From Azolla caroliniana (taxonomy: Eukaryota > Plantae > Polypodiophyta): a stretch of 41,924 bases of DNA. Below are positions 1 to 11,469 of the stretch, in pieces. The position numbers and the translations under genes were made by a program. The DNA lies in contig JBHGNT010000272.1 of the NCBI GenBank assembly GCA_043228905.1, forward strand, positions 1 through 41,924, read 5' to 3'. The notes under the pieces are model-generated. The model did no database searches, was not told where the DNA came from, and saw only the letters and a program-made list of their open reading frames with translations. The first letter of the stretch is position 1. The number at the start of each line of letters is the position of its first letter.

Positions 1-1108
1 ATGATTGTGTCATTTGGCCGAATTATACGGACAATTGCATGCAACCAAAAGCCAAGGCCATGCAACTAAAAGTAAAAGGCATGCATCTAAAAATGGAAGC
101 ATTGAACTAAAAGCAAAGGCCATGCAACTAAAAATAGAGGCCATCCAACTAAAAGTGGGCATGCAAAGTAACATTGGGGAGGAGGATCAACGAGGAGCTC
201 GATATGTCTCATTTTTTTCCCTCCTAGTTTTTTTTTTCCCATCTTTCTTCTTCCCTCTCGGATTCGAGAAACAAATTATCTCACATATTAATATCAAACT
301 CCTAGCTTTGTTTACTCGATCTTTCTGGTAAAAAATTATCTCTCGTATTCATATTGAACCACTCCTTGCATGGTTGTTGGCTCCTTTCTTTGAAAAATTA
401 ATCTCTCATTTCCATACCCAACCCATTGTAACACGATTTTGAAATGATAAAGAATCGATTTTCTTTTGCAATAAACGAATGATTTGTCTCTCCCACTTGT
501 CTTATGTTTAAAACTTGCTTTTGTTGTACATGTTGCTCTAAATCCTTCTAGTCCAAAACCCCGACGGTTCCGTCTCACGATCCACACATAGTGACGGATT
601 TTCACGAAAACGTGAGGAGAAGAGGTTGGAATGACAAACCAATTGGAATTGACACGGAGGGACCTCAAGTTGAGCTTGAGGGGGAGTGTTGAGATACAAG
701 CTCAACATGGGCCGAATCGGCTAAAGAAGCCGAGGGCTGAGAACTAGGAGCTGAATCGAAGACAATTTGTCTCGGGTGGGCTGAGTCGGAAGAATTCCAA
801 AAAGGCTGTTGAGGGCCTATATTCCTATTATGGTAGATAGGGATATTGTAGGCAGAATTAGTGTCAGGCTCATTTATGAGCATTCAAGTACCGACGATAC
901 TTGTGTTAGCCCACTAGTTAGGGGTTTGTATAAAAAGTGATCACTGAGCACAATGTATTTACAGAGTGTTCATTATTCGAAATTGAAGTTGTTGTCTGCT
1001 CACTTTCTCTCACATCATTCTCTGTGTTTACCTAACTATTGAGTTTCCGAAATCAACTGTGTACTCAATGTCTATCGCAGATGCTTACGCATACGTATTA
1101 TTTTTCTA
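1..1108 (+). mobile_element. 3' end of an LTR retrotransposon (copia-like) inserted in the 5' LTR of copia-1; PPT 678-686, 3' LTR ~687-1108
   Basis: GAGGGGGAG is followed directly by TGTTGAGATACAAGCTCAAC, nearly identical to the LTR start of copia-2. Homology to the copia-1 LTR resumes abruptly at ~1109. The terminal CA is not preserved and the left TSD is outside the window. Confidence 0.65.
39..167. repeat. Degenerate ~21-bp minisatellite (ATGCAACTAAAA..GGC), about 6 units
   Basis: Units start near 39, 60, 81, 101, 122, 143 and 161. The array explains the repetitive 5..331 ORF. Confidence 0.8.
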
Positions 1109-1432
1109 AGCTTCAATAGTTGAGCGTAGAAGTGAGAGCAACAAAGAGTAGGAAGAGACGAGAGAGTGTGCGTAAGAGAGAGAGGCAGAGTTTAGTGGAA
1201 TTCACCTAAACCCTAACTGGGTATTCTCTATTTTACAGAGACTTGTAAATCTTTCCATCGTACCTCTGTTCATAGTGAAAACTTGTTGTCCCGTGGTTTT
1301 TCCCATTTTTTAGGGTTTCCATGTAAATATTGTATACTGTGCATTCTCTGTTTGATTTTCTAATTTTCAATTTTCGTGTTGTGTACTATTTTTGGTTTAT
1401 CTTTCTCATAGATCTATGGTCCAACGTCAACA
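1109..1432 (+). repeat. Copia-1 5' LTR (distal part)
   Basis: Aligns with ~5584-5874 plus 15951-15995 and ends ...TCAACA. Confidence 0.9.
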
Positions 1433-1435
1433 AAC

Positions 1436-1447
1436 TAGTATCAGAGC
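1436..1447 (+). promoter_or_regulatory. Primer-binding site, tRNA-iMet type
   Basis: TAGTATCAGAGC (canonical TGGTATCAGAGC) lies 3 nt after the LTR end. Confidence 0.85.
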
Positions 1448-1460
1448 TTGAGGTGCAAGA

Positions 1461-4400
1461 ATGGAAGGAGACGTGAGCGGCTTCCCAGGTATGATAGTCC
1501 TAAACTCTCACAACTACTCTAACTGGAAGATGAAAATGGAAGATCTTCTAATAGTCAAAGATCTGTACGAACCCATCGACAAAAGTGAAATACCCACAGG
1601 GGTATTGAAGTTTGAAGGGAAACTTCTAAAAAGGAAGACAGTGACCACCATCAGACAATGTGTAGATGTGAGTGTCCTACAACATGTGGTTAACGACACA
1701 AATGCCTACAAAATGTGGCACGAGCTGTCAGGGTTGTACGAGAGGAAGAATGCCCTGAACAAAACCTCTGTAATGAGAAAGATCGTGAGACTGAAGTACA
1801 AAGATGGAGAAAGCATCGTGGTGCACATTAACACCTTCATGGGGCTGGTGAATCAACTTGCAATGGAAATGTTCCCATTAGATGATGCTATGCAGGCTTT
1901 GTTATTGCTATGTACCCTGTCAAACAGCTGGGAGAACCTAGTGGTGTCTCTCAGTACCTCGTGCCAAGAAGAAAACTTGTGATTGCAAGTGGTAAAGACA
2001 AGTATCCTAAACGAGGAGACAAGATGGAAGGACAAGGGGGTCCTATCCCAGTTGGAGACACATATGACTCAAAATCCCAGTAGAGGTAGAAGTAAGCAAA
2101 GAAGTCCACAGAAGAGAGGAAAGATCACATGCTTTTACTACGAAAAGTCTGGACACTTCCAGAAGGACTGCCGACACCTTAAGAAAGACAAAAGGTGCTT
2201 TGAGTGATGTCGAACCCAGGAAGATTCCTAATGAGAAGGGCACTTCAGCTCTGGTTACAAGTGAAGAAGAGCTTTTGTTCATTTGCGAGCAAGCGAGTAC
2301 AAACCTTGAAAATGAAGAGTGTACCTGGGTGTTGCTTCTCGTCCTACACAACTGGTGACTATGGCTATGTAAAGATCGGAGACAATGGAGAATGCAAGAT
2401 ATCCGGCATAGGAAGTGTAAGTATGACAACATTGATCGGTTCTCGGCTGACCCTGAGGGATGTTCGACATGTGCCAGATATTAGGCTGAATCTGATATCG
2501 ATCGGAAGATTGGACGAAGAAGGCTACAATGGTCGTTTTCAAAATGACACGTGGAAGTTTTGTAAAGAAAGTCTCATAGTGGCCCGAGCACAAAAACATG
2601 GCCCTTTGTATGTGATGCATGCCAAGTTGTGCAAGGACGAAGCAAACATGGCAGCTGACTCGAGTGGAGAGATATGACACAAGAGGCTTGGCAACATGAG
2701 CAAGAGAGGCATGCATATCCTAGCTGACCAAAAACTTCTTCCATATGTAAAAGGAGTGCACTTGGAGAGATGTGTCGATTGCATGGTCGGAAAGAAAAAT
2801 AGAATTGTGTTCCACTCGAGACCATCAAAGAGAAGAGAAGTTGCACTGGAACTGGTACAAACAGATGTGTGCTACGTGGATGCTCCATTGCATCGTGGTG
2901 GATAGTATTTCGTAATGTTTATTGATGACTACAGTCGAAAGTTTTGGGCTTTCGTACTAAAGTTGAAGGATCAAGTATTGTCGTTCTTCAAAGAGTTCCA
3001 AGCCAAAGCTAAAAGAGAGTCGGGTCGGAAGCGAAAGGTTGTCCAAACCGACAATGGTGGCGAGTACCGAGGATAGTTCGAAGAATATTGCAAGTCCCAA
3101 TGTATTCAGCTTGAATATACAATGCCTAAGACCCTTGAGCTGAATGGGCTTGAAGATAGGATGAATCAAACTATCATGGAAAGAGTGAGAAGCATGTTGT
3201 CACATGCAAAGCTGCTGAAATCGTATTGGGTTGAGGCAATGTACACGACTGTTTATCTTATCAATAGGTCCCCATCAATGCCCCTGAAAGATGATGTCCC
3301 ACACAGGGTGTGGATAGGTAAAGACATGTCCTATCAACACTTGAAGGTGTTTGAATGTCTGGCATATATGCATGTAGTAGAGGATCAGAGGTTGAAGCTT
3401 GACAACAAGTCGAAACCATGCATATTCTTGGGGTACTCGGAGGATGAATTTAGCTACAAGTTGTGGTACTTAGTTGACAAGAAGGTGGTGAGGAGTTGAG
3501 ACATCATGTTCTTGGAAGACAAGACAATTGAGGACTAGAAACAACAGAAGTCAGAATCGGCTTCCCAGTCGACTCCCACTACTATCACCTCAGGACTAGT
3601 CGATTCTACACAGTCGAAGGTCAGTAGAAAGCCAATAGACACAGCCAAATCCGAGCTGGTTGACTCGGAGCAACTGATTGATACATATGAGTCGGAGTCA
3701 ATGGACCTACAGAAGCCGATTGAGGCATATGAATCGATCGACGTGTATGAACACGAGCCGAGTGAAGAGTCGGCAGAGACATCCAAACCTAAGCTGGCAA
3801 TGGGAGGTGCAAAGGAGAGAACCCTCATGATATGCCAGTCAATATGTTTTATTTACCCGATGAAGATGAGCTAGAGTGCTACGAGGAGGCCATGGAAGAC
3901 AAGTTCAAGGAGAAATGGCAGAGTGCAATGCAAGATGAGATGGACTCCTTGCATGCAAATTACACCTATGATTTGGTGGAGCTTTCGAAAGGTAAGAGAG
4001 CCCTGTGGAACAAGTGGGTCTTCAAGCTGAAAAATGGGGAAGATGGAAACTCACCCAGATAAAAGGCCTGAATCGTTGTGAAGGGGTTTCAATAGACGAA
4101 AGGGGTGATTTTGATGAGATCTTCACACTAGTCGTAAAGATGACATCCATTCGAACAGTGCTAGGAATTGCTACCAGCATTAATATGGAGATAGAGCAAT
4201 TGGATGTCAAGACAACATTCTTGCCTGGGGAATTAGACGAAGAGATCTATATTAAGTAGCCCGAAGACTTTGGGGAGAAAGGAAAAGAGAACCTGGTGTG
4301 TCGACTAAGGAAACACTTGTATGGTCTTAAACAAGCTCCACGCCAATGGTATAAGAAGTTCGAATCCTTTATGGTAGAACATGGGTTCCATAAAATACAA

Positions 4401-5437
4401 GCTAATGACTGTGTGTTTTTCAAAAGGTATAATGAAGGCGACTTCTTGATTCTCTTGCTATATGTTGACGACATGTTAGTGGTCAATCAAGATACAAGGA
4501 AGATTAGGAACTTGAAGAGAGCCCTAGGCAAGTCGTTTGCTATGAAAGATCTTGAACCGGCTAAATAGATCTTGGGGATGCACATAGTTCGAGACAATAC
4601 TAACAATGTACTATGGTTGTCACAAGTGAAATATGTGTCAAAGATCTTGGAAAGATTCAAAATGTTGGAAACAAAACTAGTCGGGTTTGCATTGCTGAAA
4701 AACTGTAAGTTGAATGCTAACAAATGCCCAAAATGGGAGAAGGATAAGGCTGAGATGAGGAAAGTACCATATGCCTCGATTGTCGACAGTTTAATGTATG
4801 CTATGGTCTGTATGAAACCAGACATAGCGTTTGCAGTCGGAACAGTTACCCAATATATGAATAATCCAAGTCGAGAACACTAGGCAACAGTAAAGTGGAT
4901 ACACAGGTACTTGAAAGGCATCTGAAGGGTATGGCTTAGGTATGGGTTCAGAAAAACTATGCTTGAAGGTTTTACCGATTCAGATATGTCAAGGGATGTA
5001 GACTCAAGCTGATCCACATTAGGTTATATGATGACCTATGCAGGGGGAGCAGTGTCATGGCAGTCAAGACTACAAAAGACTATGACTTTGTCGACCATAG
5101 AGGCAGAATATATGGCTGTTGTAGACGTTGGTAAGGAGCTAATATGGATGAAGAGCTTTCTCAATGAATTGGGAATGAAGCAAGGAGAATTCTTGCTCCA
5201 TTGTGATAGTCAGAGTGCCATACATCTAGCCAAGAATGTTGTGTATCACTCTCGGACCAAGCACATACAAGGAAGGTATCATTGGTTACGAGAGAAGGTG
5301 GATGAGGGAGAGTTTACTCTTGTGAAGATCCATACTGATGACAATGGATCCAACATGCGTACGAAACCACTACCTATGGACAAACTCAAAGTCTGTCGAT
5401 AGAATATAGGGCTAGCCGGCTTTGCCCATAGGAGTGA
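1461..5437 (+). pseudogene. Copia-1 gag-pol pseudogene (gag, zinc knuckle, protease, integrase, RT, RNase H)
   Basis: ORF fragments include NYSNWKMKMEDLL, CFYYEKSGHFQKDC, RHVPDIRLNLIS, KPCIFLGY, QLDVKTTFL, LYGLKQAPRQW, LLYVDDML, AVSWQSRLQK and HSRTKHI. Many stops and frameshifts. The protease DSG motif is deleted near 2330. Confidence 0.95.
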
Positions 5438-5447
5438 AGTGGGAGTT

Positions 5448-5874
5448 TGTTAGGAATTGGTCCCCCCCTATGGGAGAAGTCGACAGTCAAAGTCAAGGAA
5501 AAAGTCGATAGTCGAATCAATGAGCCGAATATAGGCTGGTTAAATACACCCATGGCAAACCATTATGTCATGATGCGAGTTAGAGCTTCAATAGTTGAGT
5601 GCAGAAGAAAGAGCAACAGAGAGTAGGAAGAGACGAGAGAGTGCGTGAGAGAGAGAGAGAGGCAGAGTTTCGTGGAACTCGCCTAAACCCTAAGTGGTTA
5701 TTCTCTGTTCATACATCTGTTCATAGTGAAAAATTTCCTTCGTACCTCTATTCATAGTGAAAACTTGTTGTCCCATGGTTTTTCCCATTTTTTAGGGTTT
5801 CCACGTAAATATTGTGTACTGTGCATTCTCTGTTTGATTTTTTGTTTTTATATTTCCGCATTGTGCATTATTTT
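5448..5874 (+). repeat. Copia-1 3' LTR, part 1 (continues at 15951-15995)
   Basis: Starts TGTTAGG after a purine tract. It is broken by copia-2 with TSD ATTTT. Confidence 0.9.
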
Positions 5875-6333
5875 TGTTGAGATATCAAGCTCAACTAAGT
5901 TTAGTTATTTTGTCATATGCATAACTTAGTAGTTACACATATAGAATCTAGTTAGTGTATTGACTTCAAAGCCTTAAATAGGATTTTATGCTTGTACTTA
6001 AGAATGGATACATTCTAGATCCTCCACTACCGAGTACATTTAATATAGGACTTACATCCTTGTACTTATATTCCATCACACATGTGCACCCTTGCACATG
6101 AGATGTATATATACCTCATGATGAGTATTTTTGGTTTTTGATGTCTTTTTAATATAAGTAAGAGTTCCTTGAGCTACACTTGTTAATCATCCCCCATTTA
6201 TCTTATTGTTCATAAGTGTAACTTCCTCTCTCACACATATCAAATAATCTTCCGCGGCTTAATAACATACATGATTAACTACTCACATAATTAGATACTA
6301 ATTAAACCTTATTTAATTACCTAATTATTAACA
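5875..6333 (+). repeat. Copia-2 5' LTR
   Basis: TGTTGAGATATC...ATTATTAACA, collinear with 15474-15950. Confidence 0.95.
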
Positions 6334-6397
6334 TGGTATCAGACCGTGTGGTTTCCAACATCCACTAAGCCCATCCGCCTCATAGTGATTGATTGTG

Positions 6398-6734
6398 TGT
6401 TGGAGACACCAATGAAAAATCCACCTATTGTCATGACACAATGACGTCAAATACATAGTTGGTGAGGATTGAACTTGCAACCTCACATCTACAAGACTTC
6501 TTGCTCATCCATTTGGATATGAGAAGGTGTTTGTATATAATAGAGTATTGTATATTCTACAATATATACATTCCAGAATATTCTAGAGCCTTTAGTGTAT
6601 TCTAGAAATATTCTATGGTGTATTCTAGACGGGTATATTCTAGAGATATTCGTGAGGTATATTCTAGAGATACTCAATCTCAGTACTTGTATAAATACTT
6701 GTAACATTTTTGGTCCCTTTCAAGGGATTCAACA
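6398..6734 (+). mobile_element. Solo-LTR-like segment in the copia-2 leader, with an HSE-like array and TATA box
   Basis: TGTTGGA...TTCAACA termini, repeated ATTCTAGA/GAATATTC and TATAAATA near 6690. No matching TSD found. Confidence 0.55.
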
Positions 6735-7420
6735 CTAGCCATTGATTGATACATCAATCTAGTATTCTCATTTCGCCCCATCTTGTCTCCTTGATCTTTA
6801 TCTTTGTTTTCACGTTCTTGTCTCGTTCCTAGCTTTTTAAGTTCCATGCTCTTAGCCCCATTATCCGTGCTCCCAACTTCCCAAGTTTGTAGCCTCGTCA
6901 CTTCTAGCTCTAAGTTCGTTGCCCATTGCTTGTAGACCCATCATCTGCTATCGTAGTGCCGCGACATAACACATGTACGTGACCGAAGGAAGACACTACA
7001 TCAGCATGAACACACAAATGGGTAGCTCGCTCCCTAGTGAAAAGCTAGACCGGAGCAATTTCTGATCTTGGGAGTACAAGATGAACCAATACTTAGTCGG
7101 CCAAGGGTATTGGAGCTACATCAATGATACCCTCAAAAATAAACCCATCATCCCAAACGCCAACTACCCAACATGGGAGCAAGGGGTGAGTCGGGTGATG
7201 TACTATTTGGCAAAATATATACATTTTAGAATATTCTAGAGCCTTTAGTGTATTGTAGAAATATTCTATGGTGTATTCTAGACGGGTATATTCTAGAGAT
7301 ATTTGTTAGGTATATTCCAGAGATACTCAATCTCAGTACTTGTATAAATACTTGTAACATTTTTGGTCCCTTTCAAGGGATTCAACACCAGGCATTGACA
7401 CATCAATCTAATATTCTCAT

Positions 7421-7500
7421 TGTCATGATCCTTTAGATGCATGATGTGAGTGTTATCATGACAAAATGTGGAAGACGAGAACTTGTTAGGGTTTGTGGAA

Positions 7501-7573
<73 letters not shown>

Positions 7574-7985
7574 TTGAAAGAGAATTACTATATTGAAGAG
7601 TAAAATGGATTACAAAGAGTAGGCTACAAAATGGCGTTGAACCAATTTAGGTTTGGGATGAGTGGTAGATCCCTATTTATAAGTAATAGAGAACACTCTA
7701 GAATATTCTAGGTTACCCTAGAATGTAGAGTAATCTAGAAGATCTCTAGAGTATTCTAGTGGTATGGAACACTCTAGAATATTCTACGTCATTCTAGAAT
7801 GTAGAGTAATATAGAATATTCCTATGATATTAGATTTTATATTCTAAAAACTATACATATAAGAATACTAATACAATGGTTAAGGATTTGACATGTGTAC
7901 AATAAGGTTGTGTGTTCAAATCCTTTCCAGTCATAACGTGAGTGTCATGATCCTTTCGATGCATGATGTGAGTGTTATCATGACA
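7421..7985 (-). repeat. Chromovirus 3' LTR with HSE-like array, TATA (7674-7681) and (GA)n tract (7506-7570)
   Basis: Begins TGTCATGA right after the PPT. A 43-bp cassette is present at both ends (7421-7463 and 7943-7985). Confidence 0.85.
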
Positions 7986-10900
7986 CTATCCCCCTTCTTT
8001 GATGACACGTCTCACGGGTCGTAGGGTTTGTATTAAGACCTGGTTTACAAGGATATTGGCGATGAAATGCAGTGACGAGTTCTGCATTGGAAAGATTTGC
8101 AGTAGGTTCCCAAGTTCGATCATTAGGGGTATAGCCTAGCCAATTGACTAAGTAATACAACTTGTTGCGCACGATTTTAGAATTGAGAACGACAACAACT
8201 TCAAATTCGGGTCCGTATCACTTATCTTACAAGTGATCATGTAAGGGTCAAAACGTTGGTAATCCAATTTACTGCAAGGTCGAGTGGTCTTGATGTTGTG
8301 TTGGAGAAGCCATACATGATCCCCAACGTGGAACTTTTTTGAGGAGTCTAGACGATGACGATCGACAAGCCTCTTGTGTGTAACTTGAACATCGTGTGAA
8401 TTTCTTGGAGGCGACTAAGACGATCCTTAGTAGCAGGGTTGGTAGGAATGTCTGGATGCACATTCATCGTCCACCGAGGATGACAACCTGTATTTGCGAA
8501 AAATAGGGAATATCTTGTAGAAGAATCGACTGATTTTTTGTAAGCGAATTCCTCCAAGTGCAAAAAATCAACCCAATCATCTTGTTGATAGTTGATGAAA
8601 CAACGAAGATATTGTTCCAACATCTGGTTGGTACGCTCAGTTTGGTCATTTGTTTCGGGATGATAGCCCGAAGAAAGCTTAACTGAAATGTGGAGAAGTT
8701 TGAACATGTGCTTCCAAAACTTTGAGATGAATTGTGGACCATGATCACTAATAATATCCTCTGGCAAACCATGATGCTTAAATACCTCCCGCATAACGAG
8801 ATCAGCCAGCTCTTGACTAGTAATCGACTTTGTACATGGCAAGAAATGTGCCAATTTGGTAAATCGATCAACCATTGTGAGAATTGCATCAAAACCTTTT
8901 GAAACTGGGAGATCAGTAATGAAGTCCAAGGATATAGACCTCCAAGGAGTTTCTGGAATGGGAAGTGGTTGTAGTAAGCCATAGGATTGGTGACGTGGAC
9001 TCTTTGATTGACAACATATATCACAGCTCCAAACATACTCCTCAACAAAATGACGAAGGTGAGGCCACCAATAGCGTCGAGAAATTAATTCTAGAGTCTT
9101 GTGAACTCCAAAATGACCAGCCATTGGTGAGTCATGGCAATGTTGTAAAACTTGTAGTTGTGGGGGACTATTAGGAACATACAATAGATTTCGTCGAAAC
9201 AGAAAACCACCATGCCAATAGAACTGATGATAGTCATTACGAGGATTTTTCGACCGTGAGCAAGAAGCACAATCGGGGACAATATGATCCAAAACATCCT
9301 TGGCGAAATCATCAGTGGCCATATGATCTCGAATGGAGTCAAGAAGAGTGGAATTTTCAAGAGTTGTTATGGCATTAACTACCATTAATCGTAATCGATT
9401 TGGACCCAAAAGGATTTGTTTTTGATGCTCAAATGCAGGTTCCCCTGGAAGAAGTTCCATATAAGAGCGCCGAGAAAGAGCATCTGCTTTGCCTTGCTGC
9501 ATCGTAGGGCAATATATGATGATAAAGTCGAAGTGAGTCAAAAATTGCGCCCACCGGGCTTGTTGCTGACTCAAGACTCGAGCATTTTGGAAACAAGTTA
9601 GGTTCTTATAATCATTGTAGACAATGATCTGCTGAGAAGAACCTTCTAGAAAATGTCGCCATTGTTGAAACGAATCCACAATTGCAAGAAGCTCTTTGTC
9701 ATGGATCTCGTAGTTGATCTCTACAGCTTCAAACTTTCGTGAATGAAAGGCGACATGGTGTAGGTGTCCATCACCTCCAGTCCGCGAGAGGACACTTCCT
9801 AGTGCAAAATCGGATGCATCGGCTTCGAGGATGAAGCGTTTTGTTGGGTCGACATGTGCTAAGATAGGTGCCGTTGTAAATGCTCGTTTTAAGCTTTCGA
9901 ATGCTTGGGCTGCATCTGAACTCCATATAAATGGCTAATCTTTATGTGTGAGTTGAGTAAGCAGAGGCACAACCTTGGAATAATCTTTAATAAATTTTCG
10001 ATAAAAATTTGCAAACCCGAGAAAACATTGCACATCACGCACTGAAAGGGGTGTTTGCCACTCTAAAATTGTTTGTACCTTCATGGGGTCCATAGCAATA
10101 CCATCCAATGATACAACATACCCCAAAAATTCCACTTGATTTTGGCCGAAACTACACATTTCTAATTTTGCATAGAGACCATATTCTCAGAGTCGACATA
10201 GTACCTGACGAACATGTTCGTCATGCTACTCTTGGGTCTTCGAGTAGATTAAAATATCATCTAGGTAAACTATAGTGAAATATCAAGAAAATCTCAAAAA
10301 ATATCGTTCGCCATATGTTGGAAAACAACAAGTGCATTCGTGAGATCGAATGGCATCACAGTATACTCAAAATGTCCATAGCGAGTGCGAAAAGCTGTCT
10401 TCCATTCACCCCCTGGGCGAATCCGAACTAGATTATATGCTCCACGAAGGTCCAACTTCGTGAAATATTTTGCACCATTGAGACGTTCCAAAAGTTTCGG
10501 GATTAATGGTAGAGCATATCTATTTCGGATAGTCACTTTGTTTAGCCCTTGATAATCCACGACCAACCGAAGAGTCCCATTCTTCTTCTTAACGAAGAAC
10601 ATAGGTGCACCAGTAGGGGATCTAGAATGCCGAATGAATCCGTTTGCTAGATTCTCATCAATATATTCCCACAAAGTCTCTAGCTCTACAGGGGAGAGAT
10701 TATAAATTGGGCCCCATGGAGGTTCTTTCCTTGGTTGTAAGTCAATAGGGCAGTCGTATGGCTGATGCTTCGGCAATGTATTGGCCTTCACCTTATCAAA
10801 TACATCTGAAAACTCCTTGTATTTCTCTGGTAGTTTAATGTCCGCTTCACGTGAAGTGGATGATGGAGTTGCTACTATTGCGAAGACGAACATGGCCTCT

Positions 10901-11469
10901 TTCCCCCCTTCCTCCTGCAACTGTCGTAAAGAGATGGTCGATAACTCTGGGGATCTATTATCACATGTAGGAGAGAGGGATGTGGGGTTTGTGCTTTTTC
11001 CCCGGGTTTCCTCAATTGTTCTTTTCATCCAATCAATCTTCGGGTTATGGAGTTCAAACCAAGGGAGACCTAGAACTATTGGGTGTTCCAGACTACGAAT
11101 AATGTTGAAAGAGATTATGCTTGCCAAATCGCCAAGAACTATCCTAATTGGCTCAGACTCCTCGACTATATCTCCTGATGCAATGAGACGTCCATCAAGG
11201 ACTCCTACGACTACTGGGTTGGGAAGTTTATTCAAGAGGATGTTTTGTGACAAGGCAAATTCACGATCCATGAAACAAGAGTTGGCTCTAGAATCTAGGA
11301 GGGTAGAGGCTAGGAATCGATGACATGTAGATGTGGTAAGCTCGACTTGTGCTGAAAAAACTCTACTCACTTGATTTGATGAAATGGAACCACGACTAAG
11401 AACTAACTCTACATAGCTAGGATGGTCCAGCCAAATGGCTCCTATTTTGGCCGGATTTACTCGTTTAAC
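7978..11469 (-). pseudogene. Chromovirus pol (protease, RT, RNase H, integrase, chromodomain), disrupted
   Basis: Motifs LLDSRANSCF, FTKLDLRGAYNLVRI, TAFRTRYGHFEY, FLGFANFYRKFI, HDSPMAGHFG, ISLDFITDLP, IISDHGPQF and YLVNWLGYTPNDRTWEP. Frameshifts, stops and a deletion near 8218. Confidence 0.93.
11418..11469 (-). promoter_or_regulatory. Putative -1 ribosomal frameshift signal (G UUA AAC plus H-type pseudoknot)
   Basis: The heptamer sits two codons before the gag stop. The -1 frame is open into the 10294..11370 pol ORF. Stem CCGGCCAAA/UUUGGCUGG; loop UAGGA pairs with downstream UCCUA. Confidence 0.75.

Noticed and set aside
39-167. CRISPR-like appearance of the short periodic repeats (also the ATTCTAGA arrays)
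   Set aside because: Tandem degenerate units without unique spacers, eukaryotic context and no cas genes.
5-883. ORFs 5..331, 336..668 and 665..883
   Set aside because: They derive from a minisatellite, T-rich tracts and LTR sequence, with no recognisable protein motif.
5701-5765. Local TCTGTTCATA repeats in the copia-1 3' LTR replacing the 5' LTR sequence
   Set aside because: Ordinary templated repair or slippage scar.
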